From contig DATDXD010000009.1 of assembly GCA_036517275.1 (NCBI GenBank), forward strand, positions 1 to 45,065: DNA of 45,065 nt. Direction: 5' to 3'. The translations under genes and the position numbers were made by a program. The stretch's first letter is position 1. Every line of letters starts with the position of its first letter. This DNA comes from Minisyncoccota bacterium (GTDB lineage Bacteria; Patescibacteriota; Minisyncoccia; UBA11713; 2-01-FULL-45-33). Below are positions 8,828 to 18,035 of this stretch, piece by piece. The notes beneath the pieces are model-generated. The model made no database searches. It was not told the origin of the DNA and saw nothing but the letters and a program-made list of their open reading frames with translations.

Positions 8828-9945
8828 TGCACAAAACTTTTTTCAAATTCTTCCAAAATTTTCCGTGTTTCTCTGTATTTTTTTATAAAATTCTGAGTTT
8901 CTTTTGGAATACGTTTCCCTTGCAGAAAATTCAAGGCTCTTCCCAAACCCCCATTATGGGCAACAATGGCCGCTTCTTCATTTCTTTTTTCTTTTGACAT
9001 TTGGGCGAAATTCGTGTCAGCAAGACAAACAGCGGATTTAATAGAATTTTTCATGTTGGCGGTGCCACTTTCAAAATCAGCTATCAAACCAACTTCAGGA
9101 TACTTCCCACGAACTAAATCATATGTGCGAATTTTTTTACTATTCATAAATTGCATGAGTCCCCGAGCGCCGTCGGAACTTATTGAATAATAAAACGCTT
9201 TTTCTCCGTTACGCGCGATATGCGCCAAAAATTTTTTTATTGCGTATCGCGAATTGTTAAAAAATTCTCCATCGTCCATTTGTTCAATTGTACCCAAAGC
9301 CATTATTGTTTCGTCTGAAAAAACCTCGCACAAAAGTTTCTGCGGATACGCTTTAGATTTTGCGCCTGTTTTGCAAAGCTCCCGCCGAGATTCTTCAATA
9401 ATCGCCCGATAAATTACCAAACCCTTTTTTGTAAAATATTCGTCTTGAAAAAAATCAGAATAAGGCGCGTAAAAAAGGTCGCGGGGAGAAGTTCTTTTAT
9501 TTTCCAAATGAAGATGGCGAGAATCCCAAACAATAAGACTTTCATGATTTTGTTTATCGTAAATGCTAAATTCCAAACGAGTTACGCCAAAACCGGCAAT
9601 TCTTTTGACATCAAAATTAGAAACCGTGGACACGCCCGTGTCTTTTACTTTAAATTTAAAAGATCCGTCAGACAAAGATTTTGGCACAACAACTTCCAGT
9701 TTTATCGGTATCAAGTGTCCGTTTTTGAGAGAATACGCTATGAGTAAAATTTCCCGCGAAACTATTCTGGAACTTTTTCCTTTTCCAACAATTTCAAAAA
9801 AAACACGATCTTTTTCTAGCATCTTTCTGGCTTCCAAAAATTTTTGTTCAAAAACATTTGGATCAATTCCTTGGGTATAAACACTTTCCGTTAAAATCAG
9901 TAACACCATTAAAACAACCGACGCAAACAAAATAACTTTTTTCAT
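8815..9945 (-). CDS. Secreted protein with a C-terminal lytic transglycosylase (SLT/GH23-like) domain
   Basis: 376 aa with a signal peptide. EKAFYYSISSDGARGLMQFM matches the SLT pattern E-x13/14-GLMQ. The downstream AAIVAHNGGLGRA resembles the AYNAG box. Confidence 0.6.
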   Translation of the reverse strand: MKKVILFASVVLMVLLILTESVYTQGIDPNVFEQKFLEARKMLEKDRVFFEIVGKGKSSRIVSREILLIAYSLKNGHLIPIKLEVVVPKSLSDGSFKFKVKDTGVSTVSNFDVKRIAGFGVTRLEFSIYDKQNHESLIVWDSRHLHLENKRTSPRDLFYAPYSDFFQDEYFTKKGLVIYRAIIEESRRELCKTGAKSKAYPQKLLCEVFSDETIMALGTIEQMDDGEFFNNSRYAIKKFLAHIARNGEKAFYYSISSDGARGLMQFMNSKKIRTYDLVRGKYPEVGLIADFESGTANMKNSIKSAVCLADTNFAQMSKEKRNEEAAIVAHNGGLGRALNFLQGKRIPKETQNFIKKYRETRKILEEFEKSFVQERR

Positions 9946-9961
9946 TTTTCAAACTCCCATA

Positions 9962-9980
9962 TCTGTATTTAGAATACAGA
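9962..9980. promoter_or_regulatory. Perfect 8-3-8 palindrome in the 5' region of the SLT-like gene
   Basis: TCTGTATT-TAG-AATACAGA lies between the upstream terminator and the GGGAG SD of the gene starting at 9945. It could be an operator or an RNA hairpin. Confidence 0.35.
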
Positions 9981-9994
9981 AAAGCACAAAGGTG

Positions 9995-10020
9995 TCAAAA
10001 AACCCCTTAAAACAAGGGGC
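9995..10020 (-). terminator. Intrinsic terminator after the M50 protease gene
   Basis: Minus strand forms CCCCTT-GTTTT-AAGGGG followed by TTTTTTGA. It overlaps the stop at 10007-10009. Confidence 0.55.
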
Positions 10021-10795
10021 TTTTGAAAAGTTGAAGAGAACTAATTAGTGAGAAATTGGAGGAATTGTAAATAACAAAAAAAGCAACCAACATGCTCACG
10101 GTTACCGCCATGCAAGCAAAAACAAATACAACCGTCTGTAAATTGTTCATGGGATTTTTTAAAAAAAGTGGTAACAATGAATCATCTAACTCTTGTTCTT
10201 GAGCCAAATTTTCAATTGGTTTTTCTTTTTTATTTACAATATATGACCTTATAAACCTCGCTTCCGGCAACATCAAAGTCCAAAAAATAACAAACATAAA
10301 AAGGCCAAAATTAAACAACATTACCATACCTCCAGCTATTGCTCCCAAGTAAAATACCCACAAACCTATTTTACTTGGCAAACGAGGCAATGTTGAGACT
10401 TTGAGAACCAACCAACCATCCAAGGGGAACATTGGAATTAAATTAAAAACATTAACAAAAAGCACCCAGCAAACCGCGTGAGCATACAACAAATTTCCAC
10501 TTATTTGCCAAAGAATACCGAATGGTATCGCAAGCAATGAGCCAATGGCTGGTCCGCAAAGGGCAATATAACCGTAAGAAAACGCGTCTTTTGGATCGGA
10601 ATCAAATTGAGTAAATCCTCCTAAAATGGAAAAATAAAAACCTTTTGTTTTAATCCCAGCAAGTTTCGCGGCAAAAATATGACCATACTCGTGAACAGCA
10701 ATAGTTAACATTAACAATAAAGACAGTTTCCAACTATTAAAGAAAATAGCCAAAACAAAAAATGTAGCTAAGGCGGACCCAAATTTTTGAAACAA
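10007..10795 (-). CDS. Site-2 protease family (M50) intramembrane zinc metalloprotease
   Basis: 262-aa polytopic ORF with HExxH (HEYGH) in a TM segment and the second family motif NLIPMFPLDG. Confidence 0.85.
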   Translation of the reverse strand: MFQKFGSALATFFVLAIFFNSWKLSLLLMLTIAVHEYGHIFAAKLAGIKTKGFYFSILGGFTQFDSDPKDAFSYGYIALCGPAIGSLLAIPFGILWQISGNLLYAHAVCWVLFVNVFNLIPMFPLDGWLVLKVSTLPRLPSKIGLWVFYLGAIAGGMVMLFNFGLFMFVIFWTLMLPEARFIRSYIVNKKEKPIENLAQEQELDDSLLPLFLKNPMNNLQTVVFVFACMAVTVSMLVAFFVIYNSSNFSLISSLQLFKSPLF

Positions 10796-10861
10796 ATGAC
10801 ACTCCTTTTTTCAATTTATCTATCAGTTTTTATAGCACAACAAACAAAAAAAGTAAATTTG

Positions 10862-10932
10862 TGCGGAATACGGGAATCGAACCCGTGTCTCAACCTTGGG
10901 AAGGTCGCATATTGCCATTATACTAATTCCGC
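10862..10932 (-). tRNA. tRNA-Gly (anticodon CCC)
   Basis: Hand-folded. Acceptor GCGGAAT/ATTCCGC, anticodon arm CGACC-TTCCCAA-GGTTG, T arm ACGGG-TTCGATT-CCCGT, discriminator A. No encoded CCA. Confidence 0.9.
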
Positions 10933-10936
10933 AAAA

Positions 10937-11479
10937 TTATTTTTTCTTTACCGCGTATTCTTTTGTGTCCCAATAGTACCCTGGATAGTAAATTTTTACG
11001 GAAGCGGTGCCATACAAAGACGTCCACGCTTGAATTATATCTTGATTATTTTTTTTGAAATAATTTTCCACGAGGTCTCTTTTTGCCTGTGGCAATAAAA
11101 CCAATTTCTTAAAATCCACCGAACTCAAACCATAAAGCTCTTCCGAAACATTATCCAAAGATAAATCCGGTGTTTTCGCGATTGCTTCCGCGACAATATC
11201 TTCCGCCTTTGATTTTAAATTGTGATCAACACTGTCTATTAAAATATCCAGAAATTCCTGCTCCATAAGATTCATCATTGCCACAGAGTTTAAATCTCCG
11301 GGAATTTTGTCTTTGGAAATAAAGTTAGTCTTTTCAATGGCACTCCTTATTTTTAAAAACTCGGAATAACTAGCTCTCTTGCCTTGCACAGAAAGCACAG
11401 GAACAAACCTAAAACCCACGAAAATAGACGCGGACAAAACTACTAAAACAAAAATTATAATTTTTTTATTTTTTGTCAT
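10937..11479 (-). CDS. Membrane-anchored hypothetical protein (possibly a SurA-N-like chaperone domain)
   Basis: 180 aa with an N-terminal TM segment; the remainder is predicted to be extracytoplasmic. The resemblance to PpiC/SurA N-terminal domains is weak. The stop lies 4 nt from tRNA-Gly. Confidence 0.4.
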   Translation of the reverse strand: MTKNKKIIIFVLVVLSASIFVGFRFVPVLSVQGKRASYSEFLKIRSAIEKTNFISKDKIPGDLNSVAMMNLMEQEFLDILIDSVDHNLKSKAEDIVAEAIAKTPDLSLDNVSEELYGLSSVDFKKLVLLPQAKRDLVENYFKKNNQDIIQAWTSLYGTASVKIYYPGYYWDTKEYAVKKK

Positions 11480-11787
11480 TCTTCAACAAATAATATAACT
11501 TCTTCTCCGGGTTTTTTCAAATTAAAATTCTTTCTTGCCTCAAAATCAATATCGTACTCTGTATCCATAATATTGACTTTTTCTTCAACAACTTTTCGCG
11601 ATTTTTTTATCTCCTCTAAATCTTGAGATAATTTTTGGTTTTTTCCAGAAAGTTCTCGCAAAGTTACAAAAGCGGAAACCACCCCGTAAATCATCCAAAA
11701 TGAAAGTGCCAAAACAACAACGAGCACCGGCGCAGAAAAAATCAACCTACGAGCGATCTTTTTTTCTTGAAATTCTCGAAGTACCAT
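11476..11787 (-). CDS. Septum formation initiator (FtsB/DivIC-like)
   Basis: One TM segment is followed by a coiled coil (LRELSGKNQKLSQDLEEIKK) and a C-terminal ARKNFNLKKPGEEVILFV typical of FtsB/DivIC. The start is set at Met27 of the track ORF because TGG-TATAAA lies 9 nt upstream. Confidence 0.65.
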   Translation of the reverse strand: MVLREFQEKKIARRLIFSAPVLVVVLALSFWMIYGVVSAFVTLRELSGKNQKLSQDLEEIKKSRKVVEEKVNIMDTEYDIDFEARKNFNLKKPGEEVILFVEE

Positions 11788-11912
11788 TGTATAATTTTTA
11801 TACCATGCTTCAAAACAAAAAGAAAGTAAAAATAATTTGGAATATAATCTCCATACTTGTGGCAATCTCTATGATCGCGTTTTTGGTGGTACCGTATTTA
11901 TAATCCCCCGCT

Positions 11913-13694
11913 CTAGTCCCTCTTTATCATCTTCAAATATACATCGTGGGGGATATCAACCGAGGCGTGTTCTTGCAGGCGTTTTTTGCCTTCTTTTTGT
12001 TTTTTCCAAAGTTTCATTTTTCTGGTTCTATCTCCTCCGTATAATTTAGCGGTAACATTTTTCCCAACTGCCGAAAGAGTCCGTGACGCAATAATTTTTC
12101 CTTCGGACCCCGCTTGAATTTTAAGCGCAAAAAGCTGTCTTGGTAGAATTTCATGAAGCTTATCAACTGTCCTTCTTGCTTCAAATTCAATTTCGTCCCG
12201 ACTAATCAATTTGGCGAACTGCAAAACTTCTTCCTCTGCCACAAACACGTCTAATTTTACAATGTCGGACGGTCTGTTTTCTTTAAATTCGTAACTCATG
12301 GAAGCGTATCCTTGTGTTACGCTTTTTAAATTGTCAAAAAAATTAGAAACCAGTTTCCGAAGCGGAATAACACAGCGTAACATCACTCTCGCACTAGGCA
12401 TTGTTTTTGTTTCCAAAAGTTCTCCTTTGTTTTTTTGTATCAAATCAAGCGTAGAACTAATATCTTCCGTCCTTTCTAAAATATGGACCGAAAACCAAGG
12501 TTCTTGAATTTCTTTTACCTTTCCACTTTCAGAAAACATTTCCGTGTTTCTAACGATTTTTCTTGTTCCGTCTCCAGATATAACTTCATATTCCACGCTC
12601 GGAGAAGCCACAACCACATTTATTCCAAATTCTCGCGTTATCCTTTCTATTGTTATATCCAAATGCAAAAGCCCCAAAAATCCCGCACGCAACGCTCTGC
12701 CAAAAATCCTTGAGCCCTCCACTTCAAAAGAAAGCGCCGCATCGTTAAGTTTTAATTTTAAAAGGGCGTCATAAAGTTTTGGAAAGTCATCAGAGTGTTC
12801 CGGAAAAATACTCGCCCACACCATTGGTTTTGGTTCTTCATAGCCAGAAAGTGGATTTTCTCCAATGGTATCGCCAACCCTCACCATGGACGGATCTTTT
12901 AAATTTGTCGCGATATATCCAATTTCACCGCTCAAAAGCGCTTCGGTCTTTAACAAGTCTGGTGAAAAAATGCCAACCTCAATTGGTTTAAATTTAATTT
13001 TTTTATGGAAAAGATTAACCGTATCCCCCGCCCTGATACCACCATCAAAAACACGCACATGGGCAAGCGCTCCTTTGTGCGAAGAATAAAATGAGTCGAA
13101 AATCAAAGCGCAGACTGACGCGGACTTTGTGCCGACAAACGCAGACTGTGGAGCGGGAATTTTTTCCACAATCGCATTAAGCAACATTTCCACTCCTTCT
13201 CCAGTTTTTCCAGAAACAAAAAAAATATCTTTTTTTTCAACATTCAAAAGTTCAATCAATTCTTCGGTGGATTCCTCAACGCGTGCGCCAGCTATATCAA
13301 TTTTGTTTACAACCGGAATAACCGTGAGTTTGTTTTTCCGCGCGAGTTCAAGGTTGGCAAGAGTTTGCGCCTGCACGCCTTTGGTGGCGTCAACAAGCAA
13401 AATGGCGCCCTCAACTGCCATAAGCGCGCGCGAAACTTCATACTGAAAATCTATGTGCCCGGGGGTATCAATTAAATTTAGTTGATAGTTTGTAGTCCCT
13501 AGTTTATAGTTCATTCGCACTGGTTGCATTTTTATTGTAATTCCGCGCTCTCGTTCCAAATCCATTTTATCCAAAAACTGTTCGCGCATTTTCCTTTTTT
13601 CAATCGTTCCGGTCAACTCCAACATTCTATCCGCCAACGTGGATTTCCCATGGTCAATATGCGCGATAATACAAAAATTTCTTATATTTTTCAT
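11913..13694 (-). CDS. lepA: Translation elongation factor 4 (LepA)
   Basis: 593 aa with GTPase motifs AHIDHGKST, DTPGH, NKID and a LepA-type C-terminal domain. Confidence 0.95.
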   Translation of the reverse strand: MKNIRNFCIIAHIDHGKSTLADRMLELTGTIEKRKMREQFLDKMDLERERGITIKMQPVRMNYKLGTTNYQLNLIDTPGHIDFQYEVSRALMAVEGAILLVDATKGVQAQTLANLELARKNKLTVIPVVNKIDIAGARVEESTEELIELLNVEKKDIFFVSGKTGEGVEMLLNAIVEKIPAPQSAFVGTKSASVCALIFDSFYSSHKGALAHVRVFDGGIRAGDTVNLFHKKIKFKPIEVGIFSPDLLKTEALLSGEIGYIATNLKDPSMVRVGDTIGENPLSGYEEPKPMVWASIFPEHSDDFPKLYDALLKLKLNDAALSFEVEGSRIFGRALRAGFLGLLHLDITIERITREFGINVVVASPSVEYEVISGDGTRKIVRNTEMFSESGKVKEIQEPWFSVHILERTEDISSTLDLIQKNKGELLETKTMPSARVMLRCVIPLRKLVSNFFDNLKSVTQGYASMSYEFKENRPSDIVKLDVFVAEEEVLQFAKLISRDEIEFEARRTVDKLHEILPRQLFALKIQAGSEGKIIASRTLSAVGKNVTAKLYGGDRTRKMKLWKKQKEGKKRLQEHASVDIPHDVYLKMIKRD

Positions 13695-15367
13695 GGTAAT
13701 TTTTCGGGTTCAGGGGCGGGAATACGGTCGCGCCAAATAGTGGTTTTAAAACTTTCCAAAACTTCAAAAAATTCTTTGTTTTTTGTGAAATACAAAACCG
13801 CGCAGATAGCTAAAATTCCCAAAATACCAGAAAAAAACCCTTGCAAAAATATACCACTAAAAGTATGCAGGTTAAAAACTGAAGAAAAAATGTTAAGTCC
13901 AAAATACGCCATCAGCGCACCAACCAAACTTCCCAAAAATATTTGAAAAAGAGATTTTTGCGTTTTTCCTATTGGAAACCATCCAAAAGTCATTTTAAAA
14001 ACAAACAAGAGTAATACAAAATTTAAAGCGCTTCCAATCAAAATTCCAATAGATAAAGCCAACACTCTTATATCCACAATATCAGAAATATCCAAAAGAG
14101 CGGACAAAGTATTAGCAAACGGAGAAAGTGGTTCAAGAAGTTTCAGAAAATAAAACATGATCCCAATGCTTGTAGCCATAGAAACAATATTTACAACCAA
14201 AGTTTTTTTAGTTTCTCCCTCCGCGTAAAAAGATCTTACCAAAAGCAAAAAAAGGCTTTGAAATACCACCGAAAGCGAAAGCAAAAAAAGAGACGCGGCT
14301 GTAAGCCTTGTGTCCTGCCATGAAAACGCTCCGCTTCCCAAAATCACCCTTACAATCTGCGCGCGCAAAATCAAAACAAGCGCGGAAAAAGGTAAAGTCC
14401 AAAAAACAATATGCCTGAAAGCAGATGAAAAATGTTCCAAAAATTCATTCTTCTCTTTCCGCAACGAAAAAGAAGACAAAGCAGGAAAAGCAGCAACACT
14501 ATAAGAAAGTCCGATTACAGTAACGGGAATATAACCCAAATTTTGCGCCAAATTAAAAACCGCTATAGAACCGGAAGATAAAGTGGAAGCAACAACAGTA
14601 AAAACCATAATGGAAATTTGATTGACAGCAAGTCCAACTGTTCTTGGTACGGAAATTAAAACCACTTTTTTTATATCGGAAAAATTAAATTTCTTAAACC
14701 CAAAATTTAACTCAATACCAATTAAAGATGGGATCTGAATGCCCATGTGCAAAAAAGCTCCCAATATCACACCAAACACTAATCCATTTACGCCAAAAAT
14801 AGGAACAAAAATAAAAAAACCTATAATTATTCCTAAATTATAAAAAACAGGACTTAACGCAAAAGCAAAAAAACGCTTAAACGTTTGAGTTACACCGGAA
14901 ATCAAGTTTGAAAAACCCAAAAATATTGGTGAAAAAAGCATTATCCGACTCAAAAAAACAACTGTTTGTTTATCATTTATTGAAAACCCTGGAAACAAAA
15001 ATTCTATAATTTGCGGCATGAACAAAAAAAAGACTGCTGAAAAAATAAAAACTGTGAAAGAAAAAAACAACATAAGTGAACCAAAAAAATCCGCGGCTTT
15101 TTCTTTTCCGGTTTCCCACCGTTCAACAAACAAGGGTATTATAGCGGTGGCAGATGTCATAAACAACATTAAAGTATATAAAAAATCCGGTACTCTAAAG
15201 GCGGAATAATAAATATCCAAAATCCGAGAAGCACCAAATTCTCCAGCCAAAAGTCTGTCTCTAAAAAGACCCAGAAACCCAGAAATAATCGCGAAAAATC
15301 CCAACCAAAAAGCGGCATGATGAATACTTGAGACATTTTTTTTAAATATGTTGAAAACTTTTATCAT
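13691..15367 (-). CDS. murJ: Lipid II flippase MurJ (MviN family)
   Basis: 558-aa polytopic (about 14 TM) ORF. The N-terminal pattern (FGLFRDRLLAGEFGAS...DIYYSAFRVPDFLY) is typical of MurJ. Its stop overlaps the lepA start (ATGA). Confidence 0.85.
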   Translation of the reverse strand: MIKVFNIFKKNVSSIHHAAFWLGFFAIISGFLGLFRDRLLAGEFGASRILDIYYSAFRVPDFLYTLMLFMTSATAIIPLFVERWETGKEKAADFFGSLMLFFSFTVFIFSAVFFLFMPQIIEFLFPGFSINDKQTVVFLSRIMLFSPIFLGFSNLISGVTQTFKRFFAFALSPVFYNLGIIIGFFIFVPIFGVNGLVFGVILGAFLHMGIQIPSLIGIELNFGFKKFNFSDIKKVVLISVPRTVGLAVNQISIMVFTVVASTLSSGSIAVFNLAQNLGYIPVTVIGLSYSVAAFPALSSFSLRKEKNEFLEHFSSAFRHIVFWTLPFSALVLILRAQIVRVILGSGAFSWQDTRLTAASLFLLSLSVVFQSLFLLLVRSFYAEGETKKTLVVNIVSMATSIGIMFYFLKLLEPLSPFANTLSALLDISDIVDIRVLALSIGILIGSALNFVLLLFVFKMTFGWFPIGKTQKSLFQIFLGSLVGALMAYFGLNIFSSVFNLHTFSGIFLQGFFSGILGILAICAVLYFTKNKEFFEVLESFKTTIWRDRIPAPEPEKLP

Positions 15368-15373
15368 TTGCCA

Positions 15374-17716
15374 TTATTGCCCCAAAAAAGAGCGAACGGA
15401 ACCGTCTTTGATTGGGGTTTCTTTTCGTTCATCCGGAGAGGGTCCTGGAGGAGATATGCCAAAAAGTGCGCTTTTTCCGGAATTGAGGTTAGACAAAATC
15501 TTTTCTATTTCTTCATTTCCTGGGTTTAAAGTGGAAATTTTTTCAAACTCCGCGATTGCGTCGTTTTTTCTTTTGGTCTTATCATAAATCAAACCCAAGA
15601 AATAACGAGCATTGGAATAATTAGGATTTATGGAAACCGTTCTCTTTAAAACAATTTCAGCGTCTTTAAGTCTGTTAGCTTTGTGATAAAGAAGTCCTAA
15701 TTGAAATAAGGTGCCAACATCGTTGGGAGAAATAAGCGCCGCCGCCTCACCTCCTTTTATTGCTCCTGCCGAATCTCCTTTTGCGTCAAAAATTTGCGCC
15801 AAAAGAAAATGCGCAGCGGCATAATCTGGTTTCAATTCAATTGCTTTTTCCAATTCTTTTTGTGCCATATCCAACAAAGAATTGTCTTTTTTATTTACAG
15901 CTTCCGAAATATAAACCAAAGCTTTGTCTCTAAAAAGAGAAGGGTTTTTGGGTGATCTTTTAAGTGCTTCGTCAAATTGAACAATTGCCGCGTCGCGCGA
16001 TCCTTCGGCATTTATTGAAACAAGAAAACGATAAATATTTCCCAAAGATCTGTAATTTTCAAAATCCATGGGCGATAGCCTAATTGCTTCCTGCGCGGTG
16101 GCTATTGACCCATCTAATGCGTCTTTGAATCTGGAATTCAAAAGTTCGGCGGGAGTCGCGCGGTCTTGCAAAACAAGTTGAGATTTAATGTTATAAATTT
16201 GTGAAAAAGAATTCATATAAACACTATTTCTGCTATCAACGCGCGAAGCTGAAACCAGCTTTTTTTCAGCAAGATCAAGATTGTTTTCCGAAAAAGCCTT
16301 GGCAGCTTGTGAAAAAAGAACCTGTCCAACATATTTTGAACCCGCCACGTAAAATCCGAAAATTCCGGCAATCATCAAAAGAACCATGGCCATGGCGGAA
16401 ACAAAACCCATAGAACCTTCTCCAAAAATCAAAATATCATAAACTTTAATCAAACCCCCAATACGCAAAGACGCCAAAAGAAAACCAATACTCAAAAATC
16501 CAAACACCAAAAGAGTATATCCAACGGGAAAAAACATCCACATTAAAACCGTATAACTAAACAAGAAAAACGAAGATAAAAACAAATTTTCTTTTTTTGC
16601 CACAACACTAACCAAATTAAGTCCCAGATACCACAAATAGGCGAGAAAACCCAAAAACAAAATCCAAGCAACCATGCCAACCTCCCCCAAAAGACTCAAA
16701 AGATACGATGAACCAGCATCAAATCTGGAAGCCCAAAAAACAGTGCGATTAACATCAGCCGGCTTATAAGAATCCCAAATATATCTAAAAGAAGTTGGTC
16801 CATTTCCAAAAATAATATTATCTTTTAGAGCGTCTTTTACAACGCGAAATGTCGCGCCATGCGAAACCCCAACCTCAACAGGAGAAGAAACACTAAGAAT
16901 ATTTGGAACAACGGATTTAAAAGTAAATCCAAAAACAGACAAAGATAAAAGCAATATACTCAAAAGGAGTGCGAAACCATCAACATGTCGCCTCCATATC
17001 GCATAACTTAAATAAACTAAGGCAAAAAAGCCCAAAAAGGCCCAAGAGAGCGGAAAACTAATTACAGCCATTATAAAAAGAAAGATCGCGAACAAAACAC
17101 CCAAAATCCATCTTTTTTTTCCGTCTGAACCTTGCGCCAAAAAAGCGTAAATCATCATCAAGAAAAAACCAGAAGCCAAACCAATGCTATTCCAAGAACC
17201 TATTGTATTAAAATTTTGATTAACAAAAACTCCACCCAAAAATTTTCCTAAACCAAAAATTGAAAAAATAATAAACAAGGCAAAAACAACGAAACCCGCT
17301 GAAAAAAAGAAAAATAATTTTTTAAGTGAAACTGTGTCTGAAAACAAAACAGCAATGAGCCATGAAAGCAAAAATAAAATAAAAACATTAAAAAAACTTG
17401 TGGTCTCCGCACCCACCCCAAAAATAGATTGGGGTCCGATACCTGAAAAAATTGACGATAAAAACCAAAACAAAAGAGTTGCGATAAAAAAAAGTAGAAC
17501 CCTGTGCGAAACCACGGTAATTTTCGCGCGTAAAATAGCATGGGTTAAATAAAAAATAAAAGAAGCGATGACAAGCGCGGAAACAAGCAAAACCTTATTA
17601 AATTCAACGGGCACCAAGGTTGTGGGTAAAAACCAAAAAGGCAACAAAAAAACAAGAAGTAAAATTGACCATTGAGCAAGTTTATAAAATCTATCTTCAT
17701 TATAAGTTGTATTCAT
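15374..17716 (-). CDS. Polytopic Wzy/O-antigen-ligase-like membrane protein with C-terminal TPR repeats
   Basis: About 780 aa. The N-terminal roughly 480 aa contain many TM segments. The C-terminal roughly 300 aa contain several TPR-like repeats (e.g. AAAHFLLAQIFDAKGDSAGAI, GTLFQLGLLYHKANRLKDAE, ARYFLGLIYDKTKRKNDAI). The start is set at Met28 of the track ORF, where TATAAT lies 7 nt upstream. Confidence 0.55.
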   Translation of the reverse strand: MNTTYNEDRFYKLAQWSILLLVFLLPFWFLPTTLVPVEFNKVLLVSALVIASFIFYLTHAILRAKITVVSHRVLLFFIATLLFWFLSSIFSGIGPQSIFGVGAETTSFFNVFILFLLSWLIAVLFSDTVSLKKLFFFFSAGFVVFALFIIFSIFGLGKFLGGVFVNQNFNTIGSWNSIGLASGFFLMMIYAFLAQGSDGKKRWILGVLFAIFLFIMAVISFPLSWAFLGFFALVYLSYAIWRRHVDGFALLLSILLLSLSVFGFTFKSVVPNILSVSSPVEVGVSHGATFRVVKDALKDNIIFGNGPTSFRYIWDSYKPADVNRTVFWASRFDAGSSYLLSLLGEVGMVAWILFLGFLAYLWYLGLNLVSVVAKKENLFLSSFFLFSYTVLMWMFFPVGYTLLVFGFLSIGFLLASLRIGGLIKVYDILIFGEGSMGFVSAMAMVLLMIAGIFGFYVAGSKYVGQVLFSQAAKAFSENNLDLAEKKLVSASRVDSRNSVYMNSFSQIYNIKSQLVLQDRATPAELLNSRFKDALDGSIATAQEAIRLSPMDFENYRSLGNIYRFLVSINAEGSRDAAIVQFDEALKRSPKNPSLFRDKALVYISEAVNKKDNSLLDMAQKELEKAIELKPDYAAAHFLLAQIFDAKGDSAGAIKGGEAAALISPNDVGTLFQLGLLYHKANRLKDAEIVLKRTVSINPNYSNARYFLGLIYDKTKRKNDAIAEFEKISTLNPGNEEIEKILSNLNSGKSALFGISPPGPSPDERKETPIKDGSVRSFLGQ

Positions 17717-17723
17717 AAAATTA

Positions 17724-17774
17724 ATTATAATCACATATTTATATTTTGCAATTATGGACAGGATTAAATACAAT
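17724..17774. promoter_or_regulatory. Back-to-back divergent promoters sharing one palindromic -35 hexamer
   Basis: Plus strand: TTGCAA (17746-17751), 17 nt, TACAAT (17769-17774), 8 nt, ATG 17783. Minus strand: the same TTGCAA, 16 nt, TATAAT (17729-17724), 7 nt, ATG 17716. Confidence 0.45.
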
Positions 17775-17782
17775 AAAAACAA

Positions 17783-18004
17783 ATGAAAAACAAGCAATAC
17801 CTAACCATAAAACAAGCGGCAAAAATAATAGGAGTAGCTGAACTTACGCTTAGAAACTGGGATAATTCCAAAAAATTTGAAGCCACTAGGCATCCTATAA
17901 ACAACTATAGGGTCTACGCTCTTGATCAAATAGATGAACTTATGAAAAAACTTGGCCGTAAAAGGGCTTCAAGAAAATTGGTAATCAAAGTGTTGGAGGA
18001 TTAA
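17783..18004 (+). CDS. Minimal MerR-family HTH DNA-binding protein
   Basis: 73 aa. LTIKQAAKIIGVAELTLRNWDNSKKFEATRHPINNYRVYALDQIDEL matches the MerR-type HTH/wing pattern (TLRxW...R...YRxY). There is no effector domain. Confidence 0.7.
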   Translation: MKNKQYLTIKQAAKIIGVAELTLRNWDNSKKFEATRHPINNYRVYALDQIDELMKKLGRKRASRKLVIKVLED

Positions 18005-18008
18005 ACAC

Positions 18009-18035
18009 AAACACCCCGATCAAATCGGAGTGTTT
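18009..18035. terminator. Hairpin between the convergent MerR-like gene and rnpB (possible bidirectional terminator)
   Basis: AAACACCCCGA-TCAAA-TCGGAGTGTTT. On the minus-strand RNA the single mismatch becomes a G-U pair. T-rich tracts follow on the plus strand. Confidence 0.45.

Noticed and set aside
10787-11098. 103-aa plus-strand ORF.
   Set aside because: It runs straight through the tRNA-Gly gene and antisense to the 180-aa membrane-protein gene, so it is spurious.
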